Below, piece after piece: positions 27,529-42,287 of a stretch of DNA of 64,000 nt. Numbering within the stretch: the first letter of the stretch is position 1; each line of letters opens with the position of its first letter. A model generated the notes under the pieces. That model saw only the letters and a program-made list of their open reading frames with translations, had not been told where the DNA came from and searched no databases. Both the position numbers and the translations under genes were made by a program. Source of the DNA: Chrysomallon squamiferum (lineage: Eukaryota > Animalia > Mollusca); the NCBI GenBank assembly GCA_012295275.1, contig CM022671.1:27900001-27964000 (forward strand), given 5' to 3'.

Positions 27529-27840
27529 GAAAGATTTATTTCCAAGAATATTTTCGTTTGGGTCAAATGAAATAAAATAATAAACCATCTCTCAAGTGAC
27601 AAGATTTATTTTCAGGAATATTTTGTCTTTGGTCAAATAATAAAAAAACACACCTCCCAAACGGAAAGATTTGTTTCCACGAACATTTTATCTTAGGTTA
27701 AATAAAATTGAAAAAAAAAAAAAGAAAAAAAAAAACCTGGAAAGATTTGTTTCCAGGAATATTTTATCTTGGATCAAATAATAATAACAATAAATTACCT
27801 CCCAAGTGGAAAAATTTATTTCCAGAAATATCTTCACTTA
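27529..27840. repeat. Five-unit degenerate minisatellite (about 40-bp core plus A-rich spacer; period 65-76 bp)
   Basis: The core ggaaagatttRtttccaggaatattttatctt.ggtcaaata recurs at about 27529, 27598, 27663, 27739 and 27808. Confidence 0.9.
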
Positions 27841-30566
27841 AAAAATAAAGAATAGGAAATCTGATATAGAATCAGATTAAAATTTAAAAAAATGCTTCTA
27901 TATTTAACTTCAATGCAATGGCTAACTGTCTGATTATAAATTAAAGTAGTAGTGACATTTTAAAATAGCTATTTAAAGTAAAAAACATAAAAACGTAAAA
28001 TAAAAACTTTAAAAACGAAAAAAGAATTCTTTTGAATTATTGGCCATTTATAATTATTTGCCGGTTTATAGTCAAAACGCTTTTTTTTTTTTTTTTTTTT
28101 TTTTAATTATTATTATTTTTTTTAATGCTAGATTTATTAGCTTCAGTTTTATTTTATTTACCTATTTATTAATTTATTTTATTATTGTTATTATTATTAT
28201 TATTATTATAATTATTATTATTTATCCAGTATAACTATTTCTTTTATATTTAATAGTATATATATAATTGCTTTTTGTTCAATATATATTCCAATATTTC
28301 CCATTCCATAGTTTGTCTCAGGAAAGGAATATCTATGATAAAAATTGTTACTGATCTATCTTATCTATTGCTGGTGTTATTAGAACTAATACTTGATACT
28401 TAAGCAAATAATAATAATAAAATAAGTAAGTAAATAAACAAATAAACAAAGAAAGAAAGAAAGAATGAATGAAAGAAAGAAAAAACAGGAATTAAAGGGG
28501 AGAAATAAAAGAAGTGTATAAAATAACACAAATGAACTGCTAAATAAGAGAGATCAGAAATGAAAAAAAGAAAAAAAAAAAAAAAAAAAAAACCCCGGAA
28601 AATAATCAAAAATAAAAAAAAAAAAAGAAAGAAAAAAAAGTAAAAGAGAGGAAAATTTTAAGAATTTTTCTGATAATAGATTCCACAAACACACAATTAA
28701 TCTAATTTTGTTGTGAATCGTCTGTTAAAACAGATTCATTACTGTAACTCCATGACACTAATGCCAGTCTTTATTCTATTTTTAGAACCGAACTGAATAT
28801 AATTGCATTAAAATTTAAAGAAAAAGAAAAGCATAACGTGTTATCTGCTTAGCGATGTAGAAAGTTATTTGACATACAGAGTCGTTATGCAGGAGGAGCT
28901 GATATCTACACTGTCAATTTGAATCAATTACTGCGCCCCGTACCACTTCAACAGTGCTTATCTTTTCATTGGCTGTCTGATTAATCTGCAAAACACGTGA
29001 TCCGTAAATACTTCACACTTCCGAGCCAATCGTCACAGCCGTTGTGTTTGTTTTGTTTTGTTTTGTTTTTTTTTTTTTTTTTGTTTGTTTGTTTTTTTAT
29101 TGTGTGTTTTTTTGTTTTTTTTTGTGTGTTTATTATTTCCGTTTGGCGTCATCATGCTGTATTAACAACCAAGGACAAACAGACACAGTTCAAGAGTCGC
29201 AGAAAATCGTTGGATTTTTTTTTTGTTCGTCTTTCGTTTTGCAGGGTGGTGGCGGAAGTTCCAATTCTTTTAAGATTATTATGATTTTAAAAATAAACCA
29301 TACATCTTGGAATACTATAATTATTTTGTATTTGTTAAGACGAGTATCTGAGAAACAACAATAATAATAATAATAATGAAAACATAAACCTTTTTTTTTT
29401 TTTTTTTTTTTTTAAACTGGATAAATATTTTTTTTTTTTTTTTTTTTTTTTAAATGATGGAATGAATTATTTTTAAAAATTTTAAAATTCTAAAAATAAA
29501 AAGAAAACCAAAAAAAAACAGCAAATGAGGGCATTACCTTTTATGAAAATAAATGTTTTTGTGAAATGACATAAAAATCAGGGCTTTTATGAAGTGTCTG
29601 AATAACACTTAAAATACTCACAATTATGAATAGGACATTTTTATTTCAAAATTCATCCAAAGGGACTTTAGTCTGTTATGAATGTATCACTCAAAGTTAT
29701 TTTCTAAGTATTTTTAATAATTATTCAGCTAAATCTTGTTCCCAAATTCACTAAAACATTATTTGGATACGTGCACTGGCATAGACAATGGGAATTAAAT
29801 GGTAAGGAAAAAAGTAAACGACGGTCACTTCCGAATCAGAGAGAATTTTGAGACTTTAAGAACAGCCGTTGATTGATACACCTTTGTCCGACGTAACTCA
29901 CTTCTGCAGGCGTGGAAGAACCATCCGAAAGCACAACCAGGTGCAAAACTTTCCTTCCGTGTACTGCTGGGAAAGAGAGACATTTGGCTTTAATTTGAAA
30001 TGTGTTATGATAATCAAAGATATATAAATTATCATAAAAGAGTCCGTGAATGTGTTCACAGATAAATCTGAAACATCTGTCTAAACGACTACCTTACGTC
30101 TAATATTTAATAGCAACGTGGAGAAGATACAGTGTTCTTAAAGAGCTTCTGCAAGGATTAATGAAAATACGTCCATCCGATGACTGCGATAATATCACAT
30201 ATAAAAAAATAACTGCTGTCAGGAAAATAGTATCGCAGCTTCTGATCTCTGGTTATGGCCCTTAGCTGCATCTTTTCTTATTTTTTTTTTTTATCAAAAA
30301 TCAATGCTATCGGAAGATAAACAATGTTAGATGAACGTGGAATAACATCTAACGCCATTACCAGGAAGGTGACGGAAAAGCAAATGGGCTACATGACCTA
30401 TACATATCCGGGACATCTTTCGATCATATTAAAAAAAAAAAAAAAAAAAAATCATATTTTCCTGCCATTTTTACTGTTATTATTATTAAATGATCTCTGA
30501 ATTAGGAAACGGATGTTATCAAAAAATAAATAAATAAGTAAATAAACTATATATGTATGTATGTGC

Positions 30567-30609
<43 letters not shown>

Positions 30610-30876
30610 GTACAGAAATGGTTCTCACATCAAGGCGTCAAAACAAAACGTTTATCAATATGCATAAAATGCATTAATAAATGGCAAATTCTGCCAACAT
30701 ACCTACTGCCAAATATCAGTGCTGGAGTTAATAACGTTTCTTGGCTGTAGATAAAGTTCTGTTTGAAAAAGTTAACCGACGAGCATGTGGCAATTAAAAA
30801 ATCTAATAGTACAATCACATTTCATAACGATCCAAGTACATCTAATACACAGCTACCTTTTATTATTAACATTTGC

Positions 30877-30917
<41 letters not shown>

Positions 30918-31758
30918 TATCAAAGCATGCTAAATCCAGTTACAGTTTGAGATCAATTGTTAAAACACTGTCAGCAACAGCTTACACGACAGTTTCTAAC
31001 AGCGAAAGGCTTTGACTAACGCAGTACTTTTTTCTGTGTCTGGACAACCCTTACATACAAACATCTTTCTGAAGTCTAAAATCCGCTATTCGTACTTTGT
31101 AAAATGTCATCAGTATTTTAAATCTGAAATGACGAAGAAGCGGAGGGGGAGGGCGCGGGAAAATCAATATTCACACGTTTGAAAAGACTGAATTCTATAC
31201 ATGTTGTACATACATACACGTACCAACAATAACGTGTATTTAAAATGACCTGCCTTAAACTTTAGAGTCAAATAATATCAACAAAACGGCTGTGCTTGTT
31301 GCATAACTGATTGGAAACAATTTCGTATGTGTTAAAAATTATCACGAACTCATTTCAGTTACACTGCAGAATTACTAGTTACATGTTCTCATTTATCAGC
31401 TTCCAGACTCTTCAGGGTGTTTTTATTCGAGAAAATAATTTGTGTAATTTACAATTAGTTTGGCAATGAGGTAGTTTCCATTTACATTCCTTTTGGCTGA
31501 GGTTCTAAAATCAAATTTATATTCCTAGCTCGTTCTTCACGTATTCTTTTACGCGCATTTTGTTAATGTAAACGCGGAAGGGACGTCTGCCTATGAATAT
31601 CATAAAGCTGAATGCCAGTACATCTGTATTCGTGTTGTTATTTAGGAGCGAGTTCAGAATATATCTTTGTGTGTGTTATTAAACTCTTGTGAATGAACGA
31701 ATATCTCTCAGAGGTTCAATGTTCAATGTGCATATAAATTTATATGTGTTTGCTTGTG

Positions 31759-31762
<4 letters not shown>

Positions 31763-31810
<48 letters not shown>
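31763..31810. repeat. (TG)n microsatellite
   Basis: Perfect dinucleotide run. Confidence 0.97.
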
Positions 31811-31813
<3 letters not shown>

Positions 31814-33375
31814 ATTTAATTGTATGTTGTTGTTGTGGTTTTTTTTAAATTACTAATAACATAAAATATATTCCATGTAAATGTAAAACCGAACACATGT
31901 AATTTATAATATTTTATCTTTGTAAAGAGTCCTGGTTTCAGAGATTTAGATACATGTCAAGAAATACACAAATATTATTATTATTATTATTATTTTTTTT
32001 TTAAATCAACCTAATTATATTTCATGGAAATACCCAACTGTATGAATTTTAATTCACAAATAAAGGAATTGTCTAGAGAAATATTTTACTGAATTAATCG
32101 TCTTGAAACACAACTACACATTTGTTAGAGGATCTTGCACTCTATTTTTTTTGTTTTTGTTTACCTCTTTGATTTATCAAGATGCATTGTATAAAAAATC
32201 TTTCAAATTTTATGTTTTCCTTCGCCTGTATCAGTAATTCTGGAAGTCTTAAACAAAACAAACAACAGTCGTCTCCCGATTACTGAAATATGAGTTCTAC
32301 AAAGTTGTAGACTGCAACAACACCAGTCTGTAGAAATAGATACATAATCACTTGCTAATATGATGTTTCTAAAATGAATAGAAATATATTATTCGGTTTT
32401 TCTTTGTTGACCATGATAGCACATCTTTGTCCTTACCAGTTTAAATGAACGATCTATCAACTTACGTTGACCACTTGATGTTGTTTTTGTGGCTGTCGAG
32501 GTACTTCTGATAATTACAGATGACAAATGCAGAATATCTTTGACTGTAATTGTTTTATTTTCGTCTGGTGTATATGGGGTGAATTACCTGTGAAATGTGT
32601 CACTGACAGGTATATTAATTTCTGTTTCTGCAAGGCCATTCTTTGTGACTGTTTCTGACATTCTGCGACTCGCTACTCTGGTCGTATTCTGACAAGAAAC
32701 AATTCTGATGCACTTCCAAAAGTAACGGAATATCCTCCTTAGCGCACTATCGAATATTTTCGTTTCTTTTACATTTTTATTAAAAGTGTTATCAAAGTAA
32801 AGAGTTAACCGTAATTTCTTCTGGGTTTTTTTCTCTTCTTTTTTTCCATCAGGTTCTTTCTGTTCAGTACGATAATCGTTGTCGATGTCGTCTACGTCAT
32901 GGTCATGACCATCATCGTCATCATCATCATCATCATCGTAATGTACGTATTTTTTCTTTCCAGCAAGTTCATAGCGTTCTCATTCACCTCGTCAAATGGC
33001 TTCTTATAAATAATTCTATTCCGGACAGAACTCGAGCTCTTTAATTGTATCGTCAGAAGTGACATGCTCGAACTTCGCTAGCTATTCGAAACCGGCTGAC
33101 TGAACTGAGAGTGTCACGAAGTCTATGTATTTACGTAATTGAGTCGTGGCAGAACTCGCATCAGTGGGACGAGCAGCATCATCCGTTGTGACAGGATGGA
33201 TTTTGACTTCGTTAATTGTGGCATCAATCTTTCTAAAAACATTCCATTCAATATCGGCGCTATTTTTGTCGTCGAAATTGGTTGGATATTTTATACTTGG
33301 GGCACAGTTCTTTCTAAATTGAATGCACCAAGAGAATCGAAATATTCAATTTTTTATTTTTTGATTTTTTATGGC

Positions 33376-33406
<31 letters not shown>

Positions 33407-33475
33407 GTCGGTGTTTTTTCTTCTCTTTTTTCCTTTAGCTTGGTATTATAATATATATATAAGGATAAATAAATA

Positions 33476-33520
<45 letters not shown>

Positions 33521-33527
33521 CATTAAC

Positions 33528-33575
<48 letters not shown>

Positions 33576-36134
33576 TTTTGAAAAAATAAGTAAGAAGAAA
33601 TAAATAAAGAAAATAACACAGACAGGTATAAAATGAATAAATAAATGTGTGTAATACGGCAACAAATTTTAAAACAAAAATATTATATGAAGAAACTTAA
33701 GATACATATATATATAACTTCGAGACCTTCCACTGGTATCAAAAAAACAAACAAAAAACAAAACAAAAAAACATTTAAAAGCAGTTTAATAAAAATGGCC
33801 GCAATTCACTCATTGCAGGCCTGTATTAATAATTCCTATTCCCAGCCAATAAGTAACGTTCAGTTATTTGATACTGCTTCTTTGTGAAAAATTTATTTTA
33901 AGATCTTTACTGTTGTGAGTATCTACGTTTTACGACTTCACATAAATTCGATTTAACATAAAACTAAATCCGCCAACCAAATTAGATTTGTTACTGTTAC
34001 ACGGTCGTCGAAATGTTTTCCGGTACAAAAATGGTCGATTTGTTACCAAGGTGAATGTCCTCATTTTTTCGTTTTTTTTTTTTTTTTTTTGGGGGGGTTG
34101 AAGAGAAAACAGCAGTCATCCAAGTAGGCAAACTATATAACATCGATTTTATCTTAATCCCTAGTGCATTATACTTTGTCAAAATTTTATGATCTATTAA
34201 GGTTTAATAATAAAACAAGCTTACATACTTGAATAGTTAACATGTCATTACTAATGGTCGACTTTGGAAACATCGTCTGTTTTTTGGCGAACCGGTTTAC
34301 CTATTATTATTTTTTATCTCAGATTCTATACATGAAATTTAAAGATTTAAAATTCTGCCTGAACAAGAGTTATACGTCTACAAATGTTTTCAAACTAACC
34401 AAGGACACTGAAGAGTTTATTTTGAGATATGCTACAGAGTGTAAAAAAAACTAAGTAGGTCTATGCTGGCATGTGATGATTCGTGAAAAAAGGGACGCTA
34501 TGATACTCCGATGTGATAATATTTATTTATTTATTCATTCATTCATTCATTCATTTTAAAGTCATAAGTTTGATACAAGCAGTAATATTATACCCAAAAC
34601 TATATATATATATATATAAAAAATATTTTAGATTAAATAATATCACATTAACGGTATAGAAATATGATATTTTTCGGTGCCAATATATATATATATATAT
34701 AATTAAAATATTCTCTCTTAAGATAACGTTTATGAAACTAAAGTATTATATTAGATATTCTGAAACTGTAATATACTTGAAGCTTAAATTAAAGTTAACA
34801 ATATTCATCAAACATGACAAGCGTAAGTGTGCTTGATAAACAAAGAAAACACGTGACTCTCGCGGCTGCTAAACTATAAGCAATAGCTGGGTTTTTTCCC
34901 CATCGAATGTTGATTCAAAGGATCTTTATTTCAGACCTAAAACGCCACTGGGCAGAAAGAGGACTAACCAGTTAACTATTTTGCATATAAAACTCATTAG
35001 TCCAGTGACTGATCTGTCACACTTCAAGTAAACTGAATTGAAGTAATTAAAAATAAATACTTAAGTTATGGACGCGACGGGTCTGAGCTTGCTATTGTTG
35101 TGTAGCTGTGAATCAAAATTAAATACGAGACCACCAAAATATATATATATATATTTATCTTTCCCCAGTTCTGGACATTATGTACGTTTGGTTAAAGTGT
35201 ATCAGTGGATATATGAAATAATGATTATATATAAAAAAAAAAAAAAAATAAAAAAAAAAAGTCCTTACTGTTCCAGGTTATTTTACTATTTTGAACGCTC
35301 TCTGACAATACAGTAATACGAAACATACGAACGCCTACATTTTACACATCTACCAGTGAAGTGTGATGTCATCGCGTACTTGGGAGACTGATGCACTTTT
35401 TTCCCTACCTTAAAAACCGTTTTATGGCAAATCGGTACGCTCTGTACGCTTAGGTTGATACATTTCCTTATTAATTAAGATTGTACGCCAACGTAATAGC
35501 ATTTTTAACAGTTCTAATAATAATGAAAAAAAAAAAAAAAATAAAAATAAATAAATAGTAGTAGTAGTAATAATAATAATAACAACAACCAGAATAAAAG
35601 AATAAAATATAACATCGTACACGGACAGGTAGAATATTTCTACGTATCACCAAAGTGCACGTTAACAAATGACATTGTATTTTGTTAAAGTGACATGACA
35701 ATGCATAAATTTAGAATACTGTGTAAAATATGTTTAATTAAAAATGCCTTTGAGGATCACGTTGTGCACCTCATGGTGAGTTAGTATATATCTTTGTATT
35801 GATGAAATCAGTTATTAGTCTAAGGTGTGACCATTTTACTTTACAATCCTGACAGTTTATTAGGGCTAAATTAAGACAGAAAAAGTAATTAATAAACCAA
35901 TGTGGATTTTTTTGGTGGTGTTTTTTTTTTTTTTTGGGGGGGGGTTTTCAGATCTTACCGTATTAATAAACAATGCAATTGGGAATTTTTGCTGGTTATA
36001 TAGAAGAAAAGGTAATTAGTAAAACAGAGCTTTTATTAAAGTGGTGAAATATATATCGCTTATGAGTCGAAAAAGAGTTTATGATATAATCAATACTAAT
36101 CGGATTGTTTTAAATTGTACTCAAGAGTGATTAG

Positions 36135-36139
<5 letters not shown>

Positions 36140-36198
<59 letters not shown>
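36140..36198. repeat. (CT)n microsatellite
   Basis: Perfect dinucleotide run. Confidence 0.98.
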
Positions 36199-36201
<3 letters not shown>

Positions 36202-36962
36202 TTCTTATAGGTGTTTTAATTAAGAGACAAACTGACAGACAGCGAGACAGAAAGTATTAACGTAATAGGGCAACTTTTGCTCCTCTCACATTAATAACAA
36301 TATACTTGAAGAGGCTTGCAGACTCTCTGTAAACCTAGATTGTTAAACGATAAAGTGTTTCAGTTGATCTCTTTGTTCTAGTAGACAAATCGACGAGTAA
36401 CATTAAACTTTAAAATGTTGATCTTTGACTTTTATGGTCACATCAATATTTTATTGATGACGCTCTCTAACATCTGGCGATCTCTTTTCACCCCCTGCAG
36501 CTATTTTTAGCCTGGACTATAATTAGCACTTCCATGATGGTTGTCTGGATCTCGGGAGGCGAGCAACGTAATATCCGGCGCTTTTTTCCTTCTTTCTATC
36601 TGTTCCTTGTGAGTCGTTAATTTGTAAGCCGTGGAAAAACAATGTAATCAAATAACAGAAAAATCAAACCTTTCAGAGTCACATTTTCATTACGTAACAA
36701 AATTTTAAAATGATCGTGGTGTCGATATGTCATGTAACTGTTAAATAGATGTTTGTCAGACGCTAGTCAGTAAAATGATTGATTTGTTCCTAAAGTGATC
36801 GATGTGTTTTCTATTACAAATAGTAACAAAAAACGAAAGAAGAAGAAGAAGAAGAAGTTGAAAGAAAAAACAAAGAAAAACCATTCATTTCAGATGATGT
36901 GAAGCAAAACCAATGAGAACATGGTGGCCTGAAAAACCACATCTGTAATGTGTATGTATGTA

Positions 36963-36998
<36 letters not shown>

Positions 36999-37126
36999 GC
37001 TTGATGGTCACATTATGTAATGAAAATATTTTTTATTCGAAAAAATATTTTAAAATATACTTTAAAATATAAAATTACAAGAAAGCTTACTTCAGAATGT
37101 TGAAAATTATAAATTCATTATTGTTC

Positions 37127-37157
<31 letters not shown>

Positions 37158-40100
37158 CCAAACTAAAAGATGTGTGTGTATGTGTGTGTGTGTGTTCAAG
37201 TGCGCGAATGCGGGCGTGTTTATTTATATTTGTATACCTGAACTGGATATTTTTTAGCTGTCGTAGGATGAACTCTTCAACCGTACTAGTTTGTTACAAC
37301 AAGGTGTATGAATCTACACACTATCTAGATTAGAGAGATTCCAGTTCGCTAAATACAGAAAAGAAAAATGTTTCTGGCAGTGTTTGCAGTTTGCTGGCGT
37401 AAGATTAGCGCGTCTGAACAACGTGTTGAAACAACGGCTCTGTGAATGACGCAAACACAAGTTGGATGTTTTTAAAACTTGAAACACGATGAACAGCTGC
37501 GAACTGGTAAATGCAGAAATGTCGCAACTCAAAAATAAATTTTGTTGATGTTTTGAAACTGAAAGAAAGAAAGAAAAAAATTCGGAAAGAGATGGAAACT
37601 GTTATCATAACTGGTTGTCGATGTGGCAGTGTTAGTGTTGTTGTTGCTGATAATAGCGGTAATTGTTTTGTAGTGACAGCAGTAGACGTAGTAAAATTAA
37701 TGAAACAATATTCTTTACAAATTGTAGTAATTGTTGTGTAGAGAAAGGGTAGTGTAATTAAAAACAGTTGATTGTTGGTTATATTAGTATTGTAATAGTT
37801 TGAAAAAGAGAAGTTTCAGTACAATTAGCAGTAGAAAAGTTGTAAAAGAGATTAGAACCTTTGCTGATACAGCTACTACAAATTCTGTACAGCTCTATTA
37901 GTATTAATATTTTCGCTTTCTCATTTTCCATTTCTCGCTTTCTCTTACTCTGTCTCTCTCTGTCTCTCTGTCTCTGTCCGTCTTTATATCTGTGTCTATC
38001 TCACTCTTTCGCTCAGTACACTCACTGAATCTTTCTTCCAAAGATACGCAGTATATATTTTATTTTCCTTCTTCCTTCTGTAGTTATATAAATATTCAAT
38101 GTATTTATGCTGCTCGATTCATTTACTCCTATTGTCAGGGAAGAATAGCTCATTTTAAATAATTATAGCGTAGCTGAAAACATAAGTAATTACACTGAAT
38201 TATACATATTTTGCACTGATTTTACATTCATAGTCAGTTCTGTTGATGTGTATTTAAAATGATAACGACAAACAGGATTAGTTTGGAGCGTTTTATTGTA
38301 CAAGTTACCATAATACTGACCTCCATAATTTTTATAACACGTTCAGAAAAAAAAAAATATATGTCAAAAAATAAAAATCATTCATAAATCGCTTCAGTTT
38401 TAATCAGAGGTTTATGATGAGTTTAATTTTATTTTATTTTATTTTATTTTTAATCAAACACCAAGATATTGCCTACGATTATGTTAGTTTGAAAACTTAT
38501 TAATGGTATAATTATTAAAACATCACTTTGAAAATTTTTAACACTGATTATTAATCTCTAACTAAGGTTACCAAGAACAAAAGTTATAAAAGCACACAAA
38601 GATCGCATATTATTGGTTTTCGTTTTCATGTACATGTATTTGAATGTCTTCAACAAATGGCAGAAATTGGAGAGAAGTCGAACTGATCGAAAATAAGGAT
38701 TCGCTAATAAAGACAACAACATGCGCGTGTAATTGATTTAGTTTAAATGATCAACAAGGCGGGAAATTAGATTTTTATCAGACGACAAGCCTAATATGCA
38801 GACGTAAATGTTGCCCAACAGACATTAACGCAGACGACTTTTTTTTTTTTTTTTCACTTCCATTTGATATTCGTAGGCAAAAACCTTTTATACATAATTC
38901 AATTGTTATAAAGATGAAGATATCTGCAAATACCGTGCAGACCTTTGGGAAAAAGAAAATGTTGTGAAAATTAGATTTATTGACAAAAGGATGTGTAAAT
39001 AATAACCTTTTTTTTTTTTCATTTTAAACATTCAAATTTGAGTTGATTTATATTTATCGTCTTCTTTAACTAGACGAAATACAGTATTTTAAGTTATTTA
39101 CATTTATGTATCGATTTGCAAATATAAATTTTGTGTATTTTGAATAAGAGTTTTAACTTATTAATTTAATTATCGTTTTCGTTCCGAATTTAATTAAATA
39201 AGTTTCTTAATAATAAAATGACTTCTTAGTTTCTTAAAACATGCAAAAAGACATACATATATTACATGTGCACACAGGTGCGGGCTTAAATGTGTAAAGC
39301 AGATGGATGCATAGATATGTGCATATATGTATATTATGCAGATACATACACATAAAACGTACGTGCATATGAATTTATATCTAATTCATGCGCACACATA
39401 TACATCTATTAACGTAAGTGCATTCTTGTATATTTATATATTCAACATGCATATTTAATCATATATGTATGTGCACGTTCGCGCGCATTCATCTTGGGAG
39501 GTATCACGTGCTGTTTCTGTAATCAAATGCATACTGGTGATTTGCATTTAACAAGATACTGCGGTTTTTTCATTAGCGAAGCGTGCACATACGAAAGTAA
39601 TTAACACGTGCAATGCACAAATAAAATATTTGTTGTTCATGTATGACGCATGTATGTTGCACGTGTAGGGCATGAACGCCGTTTATGTAGGGCACACGTG
39701 TTATATGTGAAGGGCACGCATATTGGTCAGATGTCATCACGGAATCATCGTTTCCAACCACAGTCATCATTTCTCAGAATTTTACTTAAAAAATGTGGGT
39801 TGTTTCGTGTTCCAGCCTGATCCCCTAGTTTTCCAAAGTAAGATGGACATTAACAAAATGTTTGCTGTTAAATTTTAATTTCTTAATTTTAATTTGATAT
39901 ATCTAAAAATATATATATCTGTCTCTATCTCACTATCTAACTGTCTGTCTGTCTGTCTGTCTAGCTAGCTATCTACCTGTCGGTCAGACCATCTATTTGT
40001 ACATGTAACTTTAACTCTTCATCTATATGTCTGCCTGTCTCTCGTCTCTTACTGTTATATATGTATTTAGACATGTATGTACACTGTATGCATATCTCTG

Positions 40101-41463
40101 TCTGTCTAAGAGACTCTGCCTGTCTGCCCTTGCTTCGGTCTGTAGGTGTTTATGTGTGTGCATATCTATTTATTATTTATCTTACAATGTTGTTTTGTTT
40201 TTGCTTTTATCAGTCAGTCTTCAGTTAATACAAGATTGTATTACATCTTACGCAAGAGAAACGATAACCATCTGTCTCCAGAGTGTTTTGTAATAGCGAA
40301 AATAATCATTTGCTTGTATAAATAAACTTTTACTGTGAGAAACGCTTCTGCATATAGTTTTGCATTAATTGCATGTCAAGTAGTAGAAGCATGTAGAAGA
40401 AATGGTCTGTAACGTTTTTTGTTTTCGATTCTTTTATCTTTTCTTTTTTGTTTGTTTCTTTTTCTTCTTAATCTTTTTTTTTTTTTATTATTATTATTTT
40501 TTTTAATTATTATTGTTGTTATTGCTGTTGTTGTTGTTATATTATTGTTATTATTATTACCGAATCATGAATTCATTTGTTCTCGATAAAGAAACGAAAA
40601 CATATTTGTTATAAATACATACAACCAGATTGTATTGAAAAATACTTTAATTTTCTTCAAATACATCGTAAAGAAACTATGTTTTAGGATAATAATAATA
40701 ATAATAATAACAGACAAAGAAAGTATTATAACTAATATAGGAAATGTTTTTAAAAGAAAGAAAGTGAGAAAAAAAGAAAAGAAAAAAGTAAAAACATATT
40801 TCATACGATTATCATATTCTGATTTCAACGACTTCATTTAAATCATTATATATGACCCACTGATAGCGCACTTTCGTCATGATTCGCAAAGTGAATTTAG
40901 GAAGATCATAAACAAACACCTACACACATAAAACACATTATGCAGAAAAAACACACATCTACATATACACATACTTACATACACCTACACATACACGTAC
41001 ATACAAAAACACATACATACATACAGGCACGCACACACACATACATATACACACAAACACATATACACACACATACGCACACACAGTCAAACACTTACAT
41101 ACAGGTACGCACACATTCACAAATAACAAACAAGCAGTCTATTCTCTATAGCTTTTTAAACTGTAAATCAATCGACAGGTCACGTTTAATGCTTATTTAT
41201 TACTTATTATCTGACCTGAGCAAAGCCACCATGAGTGGGCGTAACTCTTCAGTTATTGAGAAGTGATAAGTCAACACTGACACACACAGAAAACACTAGA
41301 CACACCCGATCTTTATAACCTGGGCCACGCCAGAGTTAGCGAAATTAAAGGTAACTTTCTGAAAATGTCCCTCTTGCATCATTATTAGAATTTTGATCTA
41401 CGTTACATTTTTTAACATGACAATGACGATGATGAATGTCGTATTCATTATCATCACCACCAC

Positions 41464-41496
<33 letters not shown>

Positions 41497-42209
41497 CGTT
41501 ATTATTATATTCTCACCTCTTTTTGCAGAGAAATAAAACGTATATTTGTTTACCAGTGGAGTTTATAAAATGTTGATGTAGATGTGTTTATTATTTGTAA
41601 TACTTTTTGACGGATCTCGATTATAACTAACATCCGCATCGACTCCCCGATTATCGATATATGATCAATAAAAAGTTTTAATCCTGTGCACCTCACGTTT
41701 TTCTTTCTTTCTTTCTTTCTTTCTTTCTTTATTTATATGATTTCTTCGAAGTATAATGAAAGTTTCAAGATTTGAAATTCTGCCATATTGATGAAGCATA
41801 TTTCTGTTTTTTTCTGTTTTTTTTTTCTTTCTTAGAAATGCGAGATATGTCTATTTAAAATTTCAATCACGTGACCAATGTTGGAAACGTCTTTAGCAGA
41901 TTTAAAAATTAAGAAAATGATTGTTTCAACAATTTACTGGATCCGTTTGTAATAGTCCAGCATTAGCTGAAACAAGGTTAACAACAATACAGTTTTATTT
42001 CATACGTGATACACAAGCTGTTGCAAAAATTCGCCCACGTAATGCATGCACGACAATAACAAATTAAAAAATAATAATAATAAATCGTACAGCCGCGCTC
42101 GTTTTTGAAATTCTATTCGGCTTATTCACTTCTTAACACCAGCGGTTGTATTCGTATGACTGTTACGATAACCTTGATGTGTCATTCACATTTTTATTAT
42201 ATATTTCTA

Positions 42210-42287
42210 CTCTCTATTAAAACTGCCTATCTATGACAACCACAACTGCCTGGGTCTTCGAGTGCCCGGTTTAGACGAGTTCGACTG
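42210..42287 (-). mobile_element. Fragment resembling a Tc1/mariner (pogo/Tigger-like) MITE end
   Basis: The minus strand reads cagtcgaactcgtctaaaccgggcactcgaagacc...gtggttgtcatagataggcagttttaatagagag, resembling CAGTCGAACC-type terminal inverted repeats. No partner end or TA target duplication seen. Confidence 0.4.

Noticed and set aside
27529-27840. CRISPR-like repeat-spacer appearance
   Set aside because: Eukaryotic context, degenerate repeats, spacers that are mutually related and A-rich, and no cas genes. It is a minisatellite.
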